From Octopus vulgaris (Eukaryota), in contig CATOCA020000001.1 in NCBI GenBank assembly GCA_951406725.2, positions 9,114,001 to 9,178,000 on the forward strand: a stretch of 64,000 nt of DNA, read 5' to 3'. Positions within the stretch are counted from its first letter, which is position 1. Every line of letters starts with the position of its first letter. This document shows, one piece after another, positions 38,526-51,929 of the stretch. The notes beneath the pieces are model-generated. The model saw nothing but the letters and a program-made list of their open reading frames with translations, did not search any database and was not told the DNA's origin. A program made the position numbers and the translations under genes.

Positions 38526-39739
38526 GTAATGAATTAAAAGCAACTCTAATGTTGTAAACATTATTGGTTGCACATATTCCATGTATGTGTTTTGTTTGTT
38601 TGCCAGAGTCACTGCAGCATAGCACTTGGGGATGACTCCCTCATAGCACTGGTTGCTAAAACACCTAAAGGTCATACACTGAGTCTTCTTCCATCTTGGT
38701 TTTGGCCTGTAGCCTCCCCAGATTAAAGAGTCTGCCATCAGTAGTGAATATGATCTTGATGCTGGTTTTATCATCATTGCAGAAGCATCCAACAGCATGG
38801 CTGAGTACCTCATGCTGAATAGCATAGGTGCAAGTACACAGCCCTTCTTGACTTCATGAGTGACTGGGAATGTGTCAGAGGAAGAAACTCCTTGATCCAG
38901 TACTTGAGAAAGCATGTTGTTGTGAAACTGACACACCATACTGGTGAATTTGTCCAGGCAGCCAAATCACTGTAGGTGAGGAGAGGTATTCGGCTGGTCA
39001 CCAAGGTAAAGGTGTATGAAGCAGCTTTACTGCCTATGCTATTGTATGCCTGTGAGATTTGTATGGTTTAGATATGTCACACCGAAAAGCTAAATTGCTT
39101 TGATATCACTGCCCTAGAAAGTTGTTGGAAATCACCTAGTTAGACAAGTCAAAAGTTGAGACCCATCTTGTTCAAATGCCTGACATGCAACTCCCTCAGA
39201 GATTGGTTTACAGTGACCTGACAGAAGCCAAGTGCATGCAAGGTGAACAGAAAAAGTGCTTCAAGGATACACTGAAGAGCTTTCAGATCAACACTGGTAC
39301 CTGGGAAATACAAGCTCAAGACTGCCCTGCCTGACTACACCAACAGAAGTACCACCTCCTACAAACAGAACAGGATTGTGAGGGCATGGTGAAAATGCAT
39401 ACAATGCAGAGCCAACTCTTTACTTTCAGCCCCAGCAGACTTCCAGTGCCCGATTTGTGGAAGAGCCTTCTGAGCATGCATCAGACTGAATGGCCACGGC
39501 CAAACACTGTGATCCATCTTCTAGTCTCAAGAGATACCCTTGGTCATTGTCAATAATGGTGGATTAGTTGTATATGTATATCATTATCATCATCATCATC
39601 ATCACCATCTCAGTTGTGGTCGATGATTGGACATCTGGTCATTGGTGTCTGACATTAAGAAAAAGACAATTTCATTCACAATCCTCAGAGGTGCAAATAA
39701 TCGTATTTTGCAAGTTAGAAGGCCTGAGGGAGTTGCATG

Positions 39740-41990
39740 TCATTTAACATCCATTTTCCATTCTGGCATGGGTGGAATGGTTTGAGTGAGGTCTGGAGAG
39801 TCAGTAGCTGCACCAGGCTCCAATCTGATCTGCCATTGTTTCTACAGCAGGATGCCCTTCCTAATGCTAACCTCTCTGAGAGTGTAGTGGGGGCCATCAG
39901 CACAGGTGCCAGTTAGGTGGGTCTGGCATTGATCATGTTCAGATAGTACTTTTTACGTGCCACCAGCACAGGAGCCAGTCAGGGGTTTCTGGCATCGGCC
40001 ACATTTGGATGGTGTTTTTACATGCCACCAGCATAGGAGCCAGTCATGCGATCCTGGAATCAATCACGTTCAGATAGTGCTTTTTATGTGCCACTGATAC
40101 GGGAGCCAGTCAGAGGGTACTAGCATCAACCTCGTTTGGATGATGTTTTTTATGCTCCACCAGCATGGGAGCCAATTAGGCAGACCTGGCATTGACCACG
40201 TTCAGATGGTGTTTTTTACATGCTACCAGCATGAGAGTCAGTGAGAGGACACTGGCATAGACCATGTTCAGATGGTGCATTTTATGTGCCACGGGAACAG
40301 GAGCCAGTCAGGAGGCACTGGGCACAGCTACAATTTTAGTTTTACTTGACTCAACAGGACTTCTCAAGCATAGCATATCACCCAACGCATCAAGGGTTCT
40401 CTTAAATGGACTGGACAGGCAACACTGGCATCGGCCATGGCAGTGATCTCACTTCAGTTGCCAGGTCTTCTCAATCACAGCATATCTCCAAAGGTCTTAG
40501 TCTCCTGTCATTGCCACTATGAGGCCCAGTGTTCAAAGGTCATGCTTCACCACCTCATCATATGTCTTCCCGAGTCTACCTCTACCACAGGTTCCTTCCA
40601 CAGTTAGGGTGTGGCACTTCCTCACACAACTGTGCTCATCCTTATGTAACACATGACCATATCAGCGGTGTCGTCTCTCTTGCACACCACATCTGATGTT
40701 TCTTATGTCCAACTTTTCTCTCAGGGTGCTTACATTCTGTCATATATGCACACTGGCATTACACATCCAGTGGACCATACTAGCTTAATTTCTTTCAAGC
40801 CTACGCATGTCCTCTACATTCATAGCCCATGTTTCACTGCTGTGTAGCATGGCAGTTCGCACACATGCATCATACAGTCTACCTTTCACCCTGAGTGAGA
40901 GGCCCTTAGTTGCCAGCAAAAATAGGAGCTCTCTGAACTTTTCCCAGGCTATTCTTATTCTAGCCATGACAATGTCAGAGCAACCACCCCACTACAGATT
41001 TGGTTGCCTAGTTAGCGGAAGATATCAACTACTTCTAGTATTCCCTCCTTACATGTGATGGAATATGTTTTCTGTACGTATTCAGTGTTTAATGCTCCTG
41101 TGTTTAATCTTCAGTGTTTAATGCACAAAAACTATCTTCCCAGTTAACCTTCCTTTGATATTGCTGCACCTTTTATGTGTCCATTGATTACATCGGGTAC
41201 ATCATATGGAGTTTCTACCTATGCATTTTCTAAAGATTGAGCAGGGCCATCTACCCGAAGTGGTTTGTGATTTTTCATCCTCCTTACTTACAAAAACTTT
41301 GGTTTTTGCTAGGTTAACCCTAAGGCTCTTCAATTCTAGACCTTGCTTCCACACCCTAAACTCTGTCTCTAGTTCTAGCAGTGACTCGGCTATTAGAGCA
41401 TGGTCATCAGCATAGAGGAGCCTGTCTTGAATTCCTCTGTTATTGCCTGGTGGACTATAATGAATAAGAGGGGACTGAGGACTGATCCCTGGTGAACCTG
41501 TACTTCTACCTGGAATTATCCACTATACTCGTTGCCAACTCTCATCTTACTGACTGCATCCCTGTACAGCTCTTATCAACCACTTGTCCATCCTCAGTTT
41601 TCCCATTGACCATCAGATAAGGTATCAGGGGACCCTGTTATAAGCTTTCTCCAAGTCAACAAAAGCCAAGTACAGAGGTTTATATTTGGCCAGATATTTC
41701 TCCTGCAGTTGCCTTACCAGAGATATAGCATCAGTGGTGCTTCTGCTTGGCACAAAACCAAACTGCATCTTATCTAGGCTAACTCTCTCCATAATTAGTT
41801 GGGCTGTGACCCTCCCCGTAACTTTCATCACCTGATCCAATAATCTGAAACTACCTGATTTACGATGTGGATGACAAGACCATAATCCACACCACCTGAT
41901 ATTTTAAGCATCTCAGCAGTGATTACTTATGGGACAGGTGCTTCTCCTGTTTTCATATCCTTAATTGCTTTATCTACCAGGGTACTATCA
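39740..41990 (-). mobile_element. 5'-truncated degenerate RTE LINE with ~7-unit 3'UTR repeat
   Basis: QFGFVPSRSTTDAI..LQEKY..AFVDLEKAYNRVP, LSLRVKGRLYDACVR; diverged ~62-bp units at 39890-40310. Confidence 0.9.
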
Positions 41991-42269
41991 ATTTTTATAG
42001 TGTTTCATTTTATTACACTTCTGTTTTCCTTTCCACCACACATTTAATTCAACAAAAATGTCTTTCCATTATAATCCCCTAAAAGCAATAGATTTCTCAG
42101 CTCATGTTGCACATCCAACAAATGGTATTAATCTAATGCCTACCAGTGCTCATATCATGTTTCCATGCATCATTCAAATCCCCACAAATACACCAAGCAA
42201 TATGCCTCTTAAACAAAGCTGCAAATTTTTGAATTTTTTGTATTCAATTGCAACCAAAGTTGTTATAGA

Positions 42270-43830
42270 GTCACTAGAAATGGAGAAAGCCTTTGACAAG
42301 ATCCCCTGCTCCTTAATCTGGTAGCCAATGTAGAAGCTAGTGATAGATGAGTGCTTGGTGAGAGCCATACAAGCCATGTACAGGGACGCTGTCAGTAAGG
42401 TGAAAGTTGGCAATGAGAAGAGTAATGGATTTTGTGTACAGTTGGGTATTCATCAAGGGTGGAGGCGCAATGGCCCAGTGGTTAGGGCAGCGGACTTGCG
42501 GTCATAGGATCGCGGTTTCGATTCCCAGACCGGGCATTGTGAGTGTTTATTGAGCGAAAACACCTAAAGCTTCACAAGGCTCCTGCAGGGTATGGTGGTG
42601 ATCCCTGCTGTACTCTTTCACCACAACTTTCTCTCACTCTTTCTTCCTGTTTCTGTTGTACCTGTATTTCAAAGGACCAGCCTTGTCACACTCTGTGTTA
42701 CGCTGAATCTCCTCGAGAACTACGTTAAGTGTATGCGTGTCTGTGGAATGCTCAGCCACTTGCACGTTAATTCCACGAGCAAGCTGTTCCGTTGATCGTA
42801 TCAGCTGGGACCCTCATCGTCGTAACCGACGGAGTGCTCCTCCTTCACCAAGGATCAGTTCTTAGCTTCCTCTTCTTTATCATAGTCATCCAGGCCATAA
42901 CAGAAGAATTTAAGACTGATTGCCTTTGGGAGCTCATCTATGCTGATGAGCTTGTTCTTATAGCTGAATCTCTACTAGAATTGTAAAAGAAATTTCAGGT
43001 GTGGAGACAAGGTCTGGAATCAAAGGGCCTTAGAATTATTTAAGCAAAGACCAAAGTCCTAGTAAGTAGGAAAGCAGACAAGTTATTAATCTCTTCAGGG
43101 AGACAGCTGTTCTTGATATGCAGAAAAGGTAGAGGTAGAAATTCCATAAATTGTACTCAGTGTAGCACACAAGAAATACTGCAGTATCATAGGAAGTTTA
43201 ACAGAAAAACTAGTCTTTGTGTGTCACAGGTAAGCAGGTACAATAAAAACTAAGAATGTATGAAGTAGGTGGGCAGTTCTTTACAAGTGTAGATAGCTTC
43301 CATTACCTTGATGACAAAGTTAACAGTGGAGGAGAATGCTCTGAAAATGTAGTTGCTAGAATAAGAATGTGCTGGGCAATGTTGCAGGTAACAAAAGGCC
43401 TTTCTCTCAGAGTGAAAGGTAGAATGGATGATGCCTATGTATGGATAGTGACAGTGAAACATGGGCTGTGACTGCAGAGGGTGAGTGAAGGCTTGAAAGA
43501 AATGAAGCCAGCCTATTCCAGTGGATGTGCAATGTCAGTGTGCATGTACAATAGAGTGTAAGCATTTTGAGAAAAAAATTGGGTATAAGTGGCAACAGAT
43601 GCAGTGTGCAAGAGAGAAGACTGTACTGGTACAGTCGTGTGATGCATATGGCTGAGGACAGCTGCATAAAGAAGTGCTGATCTGTAAACTTTTAAATGAG
43701 GTAAACTGAGGAAGATACGAGACAAAGTGGTGAGAAATGATCTTCAGATGTTGAGCCTCACACAGGAGATGACAAAGGACCGAGACTTCTGGTGATTTGT
43801 TGTGCTTGAGAAGATATGTCAAACTAAGTA
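42270..43830 (+). mobile_element. 5'-truncated degenerate RTE LINE, interrupted by a SINE
   Basis: EMEKAFDKIP, HQGSVLS, LIYADEL, LSLRVKGR. Confidence 0.88.
42461..42843 (+). mobile_element. tRNA-derived SINE with target-site duplication
   Basis: A box tggcccagtgg, B box ggtttcgattcc; flanked by tcatcaagg / tcaccaagg duplicating the RTE HQG codons; decayed copy at ~44455-44750. Confidence 0.88.
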
Positions 43831-44218
43831 AAATTGTGGCCGTCCATACATACAGGCATGTCCTTTATGGCCGTGCCTTCCTCTCACACTCACCAATGTA
43901 ATCTGTCCTTTGTCAAAATTCCCCCACTACCCATCTTCCAAATACCTCCCCTTCATTCCAACAACCATAATCCCCATTTGCTGTAGTCACATCCACTCTA
44001 TCTCAAATACCTAACTGCACACACTACATGCCCTCACATATCAATCACACTACCTCCCAACCATTCCAGTTTAAATTTCTCTCACCATTACCTCCTAAAG
44101 TCACCTCATCCTCATCTCTAAACATTTCCCCTCACACTTTTGTAGAACATCCACTTTCTATTCTCTTCGGACTACTACTACTCCCCACCAGATTCCGATG
44201 CAACTTCAACACCATCTA

Positions 44219-44249
<31 letters not shown>

Positions 44250-47200
44250 CTTTGAATGTCTCTTCTTTTCTCTCTCTTCTTTTTTCCTGCTGGAGTAGCC
44301 AAGTATCTCTTCCATAGTAAGATATTTATCTCTATTCCCCTATCATATTCTAATCTCTCACTTGGCACTAAGCTACTTCCCTCAGTTCCACTTCCTCTCC
44401 CAACTGAGAGGTCTCACAAGTTACTTGGCAACCCCACTGGTGCTGGTGCCACATGTGAAGGTGCATGGCTTAGTGGTTAGTGTATTTGGCTCATGATAAT
44501 AAAACTGTTAGTTTGACTCCCAACAGTACATTGCATCCTTGAGCAAGATGCTTCAATATCATGTTGCTCCAATCACTGGGTTGACAAAAATTAATTGTAC
44601 CTGTAATTCAAAGGGCCAGCCTTGCCACATTCATTGTCACACTGAATCTCTCTGTGGAGTGCTTAGTCACTTGTATGGTAATTTCATGAGCAGGCTGTTC
44701 CAATGACCCAATCAACTGGAACACTCATCATCATTACCAATGGAGTGCCAGTTGGTGCCATATAAAAAGCATCAGTGCTGGTGTTGCATTAAAAGCACCC
44801 AGTACACTCTGTAAGGTGGCAGGCATTAGGAAGAGCAATCAGCCATAGAAACCATGGCAAATCAAACAATTGGGCCTGGTGCAGCTCTCTGGCTTGCCAG
44901 CTTTTATGAAACCATCCAACCCATGCCAACATCAAAGACAGACATCAAAATGATGATGAGGGCAATTTATATCCTTCTAATAAGGATGTGTTCATTCTGT
45001 TAATGCTTTAGAAATGTTTCTAATCATTCTTCTCTGTGACTGCACAGACATAACTGTAGTTATGTAATGTAGTGTTGAATATTTCAGCATTTTACACAGT
45101 GACAGCACAGTAAAAACAATATGTCCGTCGGGTTACACTAATGATTTCAAACCCACGCAATGATGTGGCAATCTTTTCTGGGGAAAGTGGAAGTGCATGC
45201 CGAAATTGTGTGTACTTGTAACTGCTGGCTAAGGTCCCCTAATCAGCCTCATCTAAGCATTATAATTCTTGAATTTTAACATATGATTTCAGAACTATTT
45301 TTCATAAGAAAAGTTCTTATTGCAGAATCTGTCAAAAGCTATAAATTAGGAAAAGAATAAGGAGACTAAGGCCAATATAGCATTTGCAGTTTGTTAAATT
45401 GGATAATAAATTGAATTCCTGCCATTTCATATAGTGATATAAATTGTTTGTAACTATCCCAGAATACTTTATAAATATGGTCTACACTAGGAGTGAGGAG
45501 CTCATCACCTGATTTTAAATTTGAAATTACTCAATGAGAAAATCTATAAAGATCCATATGAAAAAATTTAAATAGTAATGTAATATACATAGCATATCTA
45601 TGAATTTGAAAGATTCATTAATTTTCTCAGTAAAAATGTACCTCAGAAATTCTTATACACCTTTCAATTTACTTTTCATACTGAACAGTTCCCCCAACTC
45701 TTCCTTATGCCATTGGTCTTTGATTAATGAAAACCACAGATGAACCATCATCTTCAAGCAAGCTACATGCTTGGAACTGTTTCTAACTTGGTGTGACCAA
45801 TGTTATCCTGTCTCAGACAGGTTCTGAATTTTTCTAACTTTTTCTACTTAGTGCTGCTTTGTAATGACTTGACATCATTTAACTTGCAATAACTGCATTA
45901 ATTCCAAATATTCTGTTCTATGACAAAAAAAAAAAAGAACATTGCTGCTGTCATTTCACATCTGTTATCTATACTGGCATGGTGAACTGTTTGACAGGAG
46001 CTGGTAAGTCTGGGAGCCACATCAAGCTTTAGTGTCTGTTTTCGCATGGTTTATACAACTGGATCTCCTTCCTAGTGCTAAGTGTCCAACTGACAGATTT
46101 ATTAAATCTCCATGAACATTGTATAGGGAATCATATAAATCAAAATAAATTAAGAGATTTAACCAATTTGGACCAGTAGAAAGGCCAAAAAGAGGTAATA
46201 TTTCAGTATTTATATGCATTCGTTCACTGTTTCCCTATTTCAGCAAAAATGCCTTACTACATTTAAAACAACTCCACTTAAACTACATAGAAAATATTTA
46301 AATAAACACACTAAAAATAGGTTAGTTAATCAACCTGAAAACTTCACTAAAACTGAGGGAGTAGTTTCCCAATATAAGTTTTGCCATCTTCACACCCTAC
46401 TCCAACAAACCAAACTACATCTCTCCTCTTACTCACATTTCCTCTTTTAATGCACTATGCTTATCTCTTGCTCCCCAGTTCTGTCCACACTGCACTGCTC
46501 ACAGTATCATTACTATCCTGTTGTCCCCTACCCACTCTATATGCCCAGGTTTTACCAGTCACTGCATACCCCACCCCCACACACCTTGGATTCACTCTCT
46601 ATACATGTACCTTGGCAACTCCCTCCCTTTTATATTCTGACCCCATGTCTTTAGAGCATACTCTTCCAATTTGCTACCACTGATCTCCTTGTGGCTCTCC
46701 TCTACCATCCCATTTATATTCTGATCCCCATTCCTTATGAGCATGCTCTGGTGCTTTACCACTATCTCTCTCCTGCTCTCTTGCACTCTCTTTCTCTTTC
46801 TCCTGCTCTCTTGCACTCTCCCTCTTTCTTTTGCTCTCTTTCACTCCCTTTCTCTATTCCTTAGACTGGTTAACTATGTATCGGTTCTACAGCAACTCAC
46901 CCACTATTGGCCTCAATCTTGATCACTCCTTCTCTCTCCTTCTGACTGGGTAACCATGTATCACCTCTACAGCAACACATCTATTTGTTTCTCTGTCATA
47001 CACTAACCTTTCATCATCTGGCATAAGATCACCTCCAATGCCACATCCTCTCTCAAAGGATTTTTATCTTACAAGTTATTTGGTGACTCTGTTAGTGTTG
47101 GTGCCACATAAAAAGCATCCATTCCACACTGTAAAGTGGTTGGCATTTGGAAGAGCATCCAACTGTAAAAAAAAAAACATGCTAAAACTGATCTCAGTTG

Positions 47201-47421
47201 TGCTGGTGTCACATAAGCATTCAGTCCATTCAGTGGAGTGGTTGATGTTAGGAAGGGCACCTAGTCATAAAAATCATGTCAAAACAGAAAGCATAGCATG
47301 GTGCAGTCTTCCGCTTAGTGACCTCTAGTCAAAATGTCCAACCCATGCCAACATGGAAAGCAGATGTTAAATGATGATGATGATAATGATGATTTCTGAA
47401 AGGAAAATTATTTGTACTTAC

Positions 47422-47499
47422 AAGTGTAATACTGAGCAAGAAACAAAGCTAAACTAGAGCCCCTGACATTAAAACCCAGAGCTGACTATAACACTTAAA
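47422..47499 (-). other. Candidate transmembrane exon with in-frame TAG and phase conflict
   Basis: ctactttcag|...|gtaagt, 108 nt after the last Ig exon; phase-0 frame FKCYSQLWVLMSGALV*LCFLLSITL; phase-1 entry gives an immediate stop. Confidence 0.3.
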
Positions 47500-47607
47500 C
47501 TGAAAGTAGAACTTTAAGTACTTTATGAATATATTAATAAATTATAAACAATTCTGTATAACATAAAATAACATTTTAAATGATTAAAGAAGCATGTAAC
47601 AACTTAC

Positions 47608-47916
47608 TCTTATATCTCAAAGTAAAAACAACAGTTTCTTTTCCTATGGAGTTTTCCACTGTTAAGGTATAAGTACCAATAGCATCATCTTTGATGTCTT
47701 CTATCTTTAAACTAGTACAGCTTCCTTTGAAAGGAAACTCATCTTGTAAATAATCAGTTATTAAATATTTGTTTGAGTCAATTGATTCCTCATTTTTCTG
47801 CCATTTTACATCAGATTTTGGATGCGAATAAAAACACTGTTTAAAAATTACAGTTTCTCCATTTGAAACATTTCTCTTTTTTGGACCATTTGATCCTGAA
47901 CTGAACATGGCTTTCA
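47608..47916 (-). CDS. Ig-domain exon (I-set-like, membrane-proximal; 309 nt, phase 1-1)
   Basis: tttttccaccag|TG AAA...AAG A|gtaagt; GETVIFKQCFYSHPKSDVKW...SLKIEDIKDDAIGTYTLTVENSIG. Confidence 0.9.
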
Positions 47917-48944
47917 CTGGTGGAAAAAATAATAAAATATTAAAAGAGAAAATACACATGTATTAGAAATTAAATATTTTCTGAAAATAACAATAAATAT
48001 TCTAAATTATCAATTGAAGATTATCATAAGTTTTTGGAAAAAATAAGATGAAATAATCCTTTCTACTATAGGCAAAAAGGCCTGGAATTTTGGGGAAGGG
48101 GCTAGTCAATTATATTGAGCCCAGTGCTTCACAGGAACTTATTTTATCAATTCCAAAAGAATGAAAGGCAAAGCAGGCTTTGGTAGAATTTGAACTCAGA
48201 CTGTGATGCACATGGCAGTATAACCAAGCACTTAGAGTACTGACTGATGCAGTGGTGGAGAGGGTAATGTGAATTAGCAATGACAAAAGGCCACAAGTAG
48301 TGGGGCATGGGAAGATAAAGGTTGCAAGCCAGCCACTGTAAGGAAGAAGAATGATTGAAATGGGGAGTTAGGATCTTTCCGTTGATTCTGATGGTAAATA
48401 TCACTTGGTAAATATCACTTGACACTTTTTACCATCAAGAGACTTGACCTTGTCAAATGGTGCCAAGAAAAAACGATGGTAAAGATGGTAGAGCGGACAG
48501 TTTCCTAGGAAGGAGACATTGAAAATGCTCTCCTCAGGAAAGAAAATATATGTTGTTTAAACTTTGTGAAAACAATGGAAGAGAGGTAATATACCTTCCT
48601 GTAGAGACAAGTGTCAGAGGGTTTGTTGGAATCAGGGTTCACTTGATGCTCGGGAGTTTTGGACTAGGTACAAATGACACGAAAGATGTTACTAGAAAAT
48701 TGCCGGAAGTTGTCAAGAAAGCAACTTATTATATCTTCCTGAGGAGAGAGCATGAGAGATGAAGCAAGAATTAGCAATGAGGATGGTAGAAATAACTGAT
48801 CCAGAGTTGCAACATCTGATCACCAAAGCTTGTGCTGTTGCATGCTTATGTTGTTGTTTACACCAGTAGGTGGCCCTGGACAGTTCTAGTGTCATGATAG
48901 AAAGGGCTGAAACACCTACAGAGCTGCTTTACTGCCCAAAAAGT

Positions 48945-49683
48945 GGTTGAGGAACCTGTGGAATAGGTAGACCCAGAAAGACCTGGGATGAGGTAGTGAA
49001 GCATGACCTTCGAACATTAGGCCCTCACCAAGGCAATAACTAGTGACCGGGACCTTTGGAAATATGCTGTGCTTGAGAAGACTCGGCAAGCTCAAGTGAG
49101 ACCATAACCTTGTAATTTATGACAGGGGTGTAACCAGCCCACTTATGCATACCTTTCCTTCACTGGACACTATTCTCCACTTGCGGAGACCTGTTGAGGC
49201 AAATAATATTGAAATCAAATTCAATGACTGGCATCCATGCCAGTGGAGCGCTAAGAGTACCATACGAGGATGATCGTTGCCAGAGCAACAAGCTAGCCTC
49301 CATGCCGATGGCACGTAAAAAGCACCATTCGAGTGTGATCATTACCTGCGTCGCCTTACTGGCACTTGTGCTGGTGGCACGTGAAAAACATTTGAGCAAG
49401 GTCATTGCCAGAGCCACTGGACTGGCTCTCGTGCATGTGGCACATAAAAAGCACCATTTGAGCGAGGCAGCTGCCAGTACCACCTGACTGGCCCTCATGC
49501 CGGTGGCACGTAAAAAGCACCCACTACACTCTCGGAGTGGTTGGCATTAGGAAGGGCATCCAGCTGTAGAAACTCTGCCAGATCAGATTGGAGTGTGGTG
49601 CAGCCATCTGGTTCACCAGACCTCAGTCAAATCGTCTAACCGATGCTAGCATGGAAAGCGGTTGTTAAACGATGATGATGATA
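48945..49683 (+). mobile_element. RTE LINE extreme 3' fragment with repeat-bearing UTR and (GAT)n tail
   Basis: GRPRKTWDEVVKHDL, then UTR repeats ggcacgtaaaaagcacc and gatgatgatg. Confidence 0.85.
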
Positions 49684-50502
49684 ATGAATTTAAAACTACA
49701 AGTCAAGTGAACAACGTCAAGTGATGTATAGAAGTGGATAACTTGGTTTGATGATTATTTTTATAGATGTGGCCAAAGACAAGACACTACTGTGTAAAAT
49801 AAAGAGGAAGGTTTTTCAAAGGATTCAAATTGATATAATCTGTACAAGATATCAATTCAGAAATTTTGAGATTTATGTAAGTTAGAATGGGATTATCACT
49901 ATGTGATATTGTCTCAGATATCACCTTGAGATTATTATTTCCAAGTGACTAATCCATTACAAAGTTTGAAATTTATGCTCAAAGATCACTTAATCAAAAA
50001 TGAAGAAATATGCAATTATGTGCATCATCTCTAATAAAGACAATCTCTACAATGCTACTCAGAAACAGCCTATTGGTTTCACAGCCAATATTTCTAAGAT
50101 TATGATGATTCATCACCTCCTACTTTAACTTTGATCTCAAGACATCTGAAGATATATAAAACTAGGTCTCCTAGAAACCATTACCTTTATGTCACAAAGT
50201 GGCTTTCATGAAGGTCTAAACAGCATACAAACATTTCTCTTCTTTCTAAAGCTAACAAATATAATATGATATAGAATTTAAATGAAAACTCTATGTTACT
50301 AAAAGTTTTAGGAAGATCTTTGAAAAATAAATAATTTATTGCCAAAAAGGAAACTAACACCATATGTATCTCTTTATAATTTGAAATAACAACAAATATT
50401 TTATGCTCTTGGTCTATAATTTAATTCATATGCTTCCAATTAATGTGAAAAAATGCTTTCAGTTCTTTTTTGGAAATATTGATGACAATCACTTTATTAA
50501 AA

Positions 50503-51720
50503 CAACTGAGTTGACAACTAAGTTCCTGCAGTCTTTTAAATTTTGGAATTTATTGCATTTTTAAATTTTGGAATCTATTTTTTTGTTTCTAGTTAATCTT
50601 AGAAACTGAAATGTCAAGTTAAGAGAAACGAGCATTTTCAATACCTGCTTCTTTTTGCTTTTAATCAAGGCCGCAAAAGCTACTCGTGATATTTGTGCTG
50701 TGTATGGAGAGGGTACCATAGCTGAAAAAGCCACTCATGATACGTATGCCAAGTTCAAAAATGGAAATTTTGACCTTTAAAACATACCTTGTTCTGGCCG
50801 TCCAGTTGAGTTTGATGTAGATCGATTAAACCAACTTTTGCATGAAAATTCTCGTGAAATGACAAGGGAACTGGCAGAGAAAATGGAATGCTCTCACACT
50901 GCTATAGAGAAGCATCTTCACTCGATGGGAAAGGTTCAGAAGTATGGAGCATGGGTTTTTGCATGTTCTAAGTGACAACAACAAAAATTAACAAGCCACA
51001 ATCTCCACTGGTTTGCTTGCTCATCACCGCTCAACTCAAAGACACAAGCAACGATTTCTTGGCCGAATCGTTACTAGAGTCGGAAAATGGTGCCTGAACA
51101 TCAATATGAAACAGCGTAAGGAATGGCTTAACCCCGGTAAATAAGGGACACTGCGTGTAAAACAAGATCTTCATCAGCGTAAAATGATGTTGTGTATATG
51201 GTGGGACTGGGAAGGAATTATCCATTACGAATTGATTGAATGGAACCAAACAGTCAATGTTGAACTCTATGTTCAACAGATGGAACAACTCAACATGGCT
51301 ATCCAAGAGAAAAGACATAATCAGCAGCATAAAGCTCTTCTGCTGCATGACAACACCCACCCTCATATCGCCAAAATGACCAAGGTAGGCGTTCAAATGC
51401 ATGGCTGAGAAGTGCTGCTACACCCACCATACTCTCCTAATTTGGCACCAATGGATTTCCACCTCTTTCTATCTCTTTCAAATGCTATGTGTAGAGTTTT
51501 GTTCAATAATGTTACAGAATTGAGAGCTTGAATCAATTTTTTGAGCCGAAATCGGGTGATTTCTACCAACGAGGTATTGAAAAATCTTGTTGAACATTGG
51601 GAAGAAGTAGTAAACAACAAGGGTGAATGCATTATTGATCAATTAGTTGTTATTTTTAATTAAACCTGTTAAAAAATTTAAATTAAAAAAAACGGCAGGA
51701 ACTTAGTTGCCAACCCAATA
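50503..51720 (+). mobile_element. Full-length degenerate mariner (DD34D) transposon
   Basis: TIR gttgacaactaagttcctgc / gcaggaacttagttgccaacccaata; MLCIWWDWEGIIHYEL, LLHDNTHPH, HPPYSPNLAPMDFHLF. Confidence 0.92.
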
Positions 51721-51929
51721 CAATTCTTCAGTATTTATATCTCAAACAATTCCTGAAAATTATAATTTAAAATTATCAATTTTATTGATACACATAAAAA
51801 GAAACAAAGTCCAACAATATACTAATGGGATAAAATTAAATAAATAACTGAACAATTTTACCATTATAAAAATTAAAAGTGAATTGTAAATATGTTTCAA
51901 AAATAATTGTGGCTTTGTAAAATACTTGC

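Larger units (their letters stand above)
35806..39727. repeat. 3.9 kb palindrome: ~1.7 kb near-identical inverted arms, ~490 bp spacer
   Basis: 35806-37517 vs 38007-39727; mirrored ORFs 36595..37011(+) and 38523..38939(-) differ by one residue; arms contain RTE relics, (TA)n and Penelope pLTR. Confidence 0.95.

Noticed and set aside
36530-39004. Duplicated 138-aa and 64-aa ORFs as a gene pair
   Set aside because: Frameshifted RTE RT debris (VKKGCVLAPMLFS) mirrored by the palindrome.
42461-42540. Possible tRNA gene (also 13040-13120)
   Set aside because: A/B boxes are present but are followed by a SINE body (TSD evident at 42461); no clean cloverleaf or terminator.
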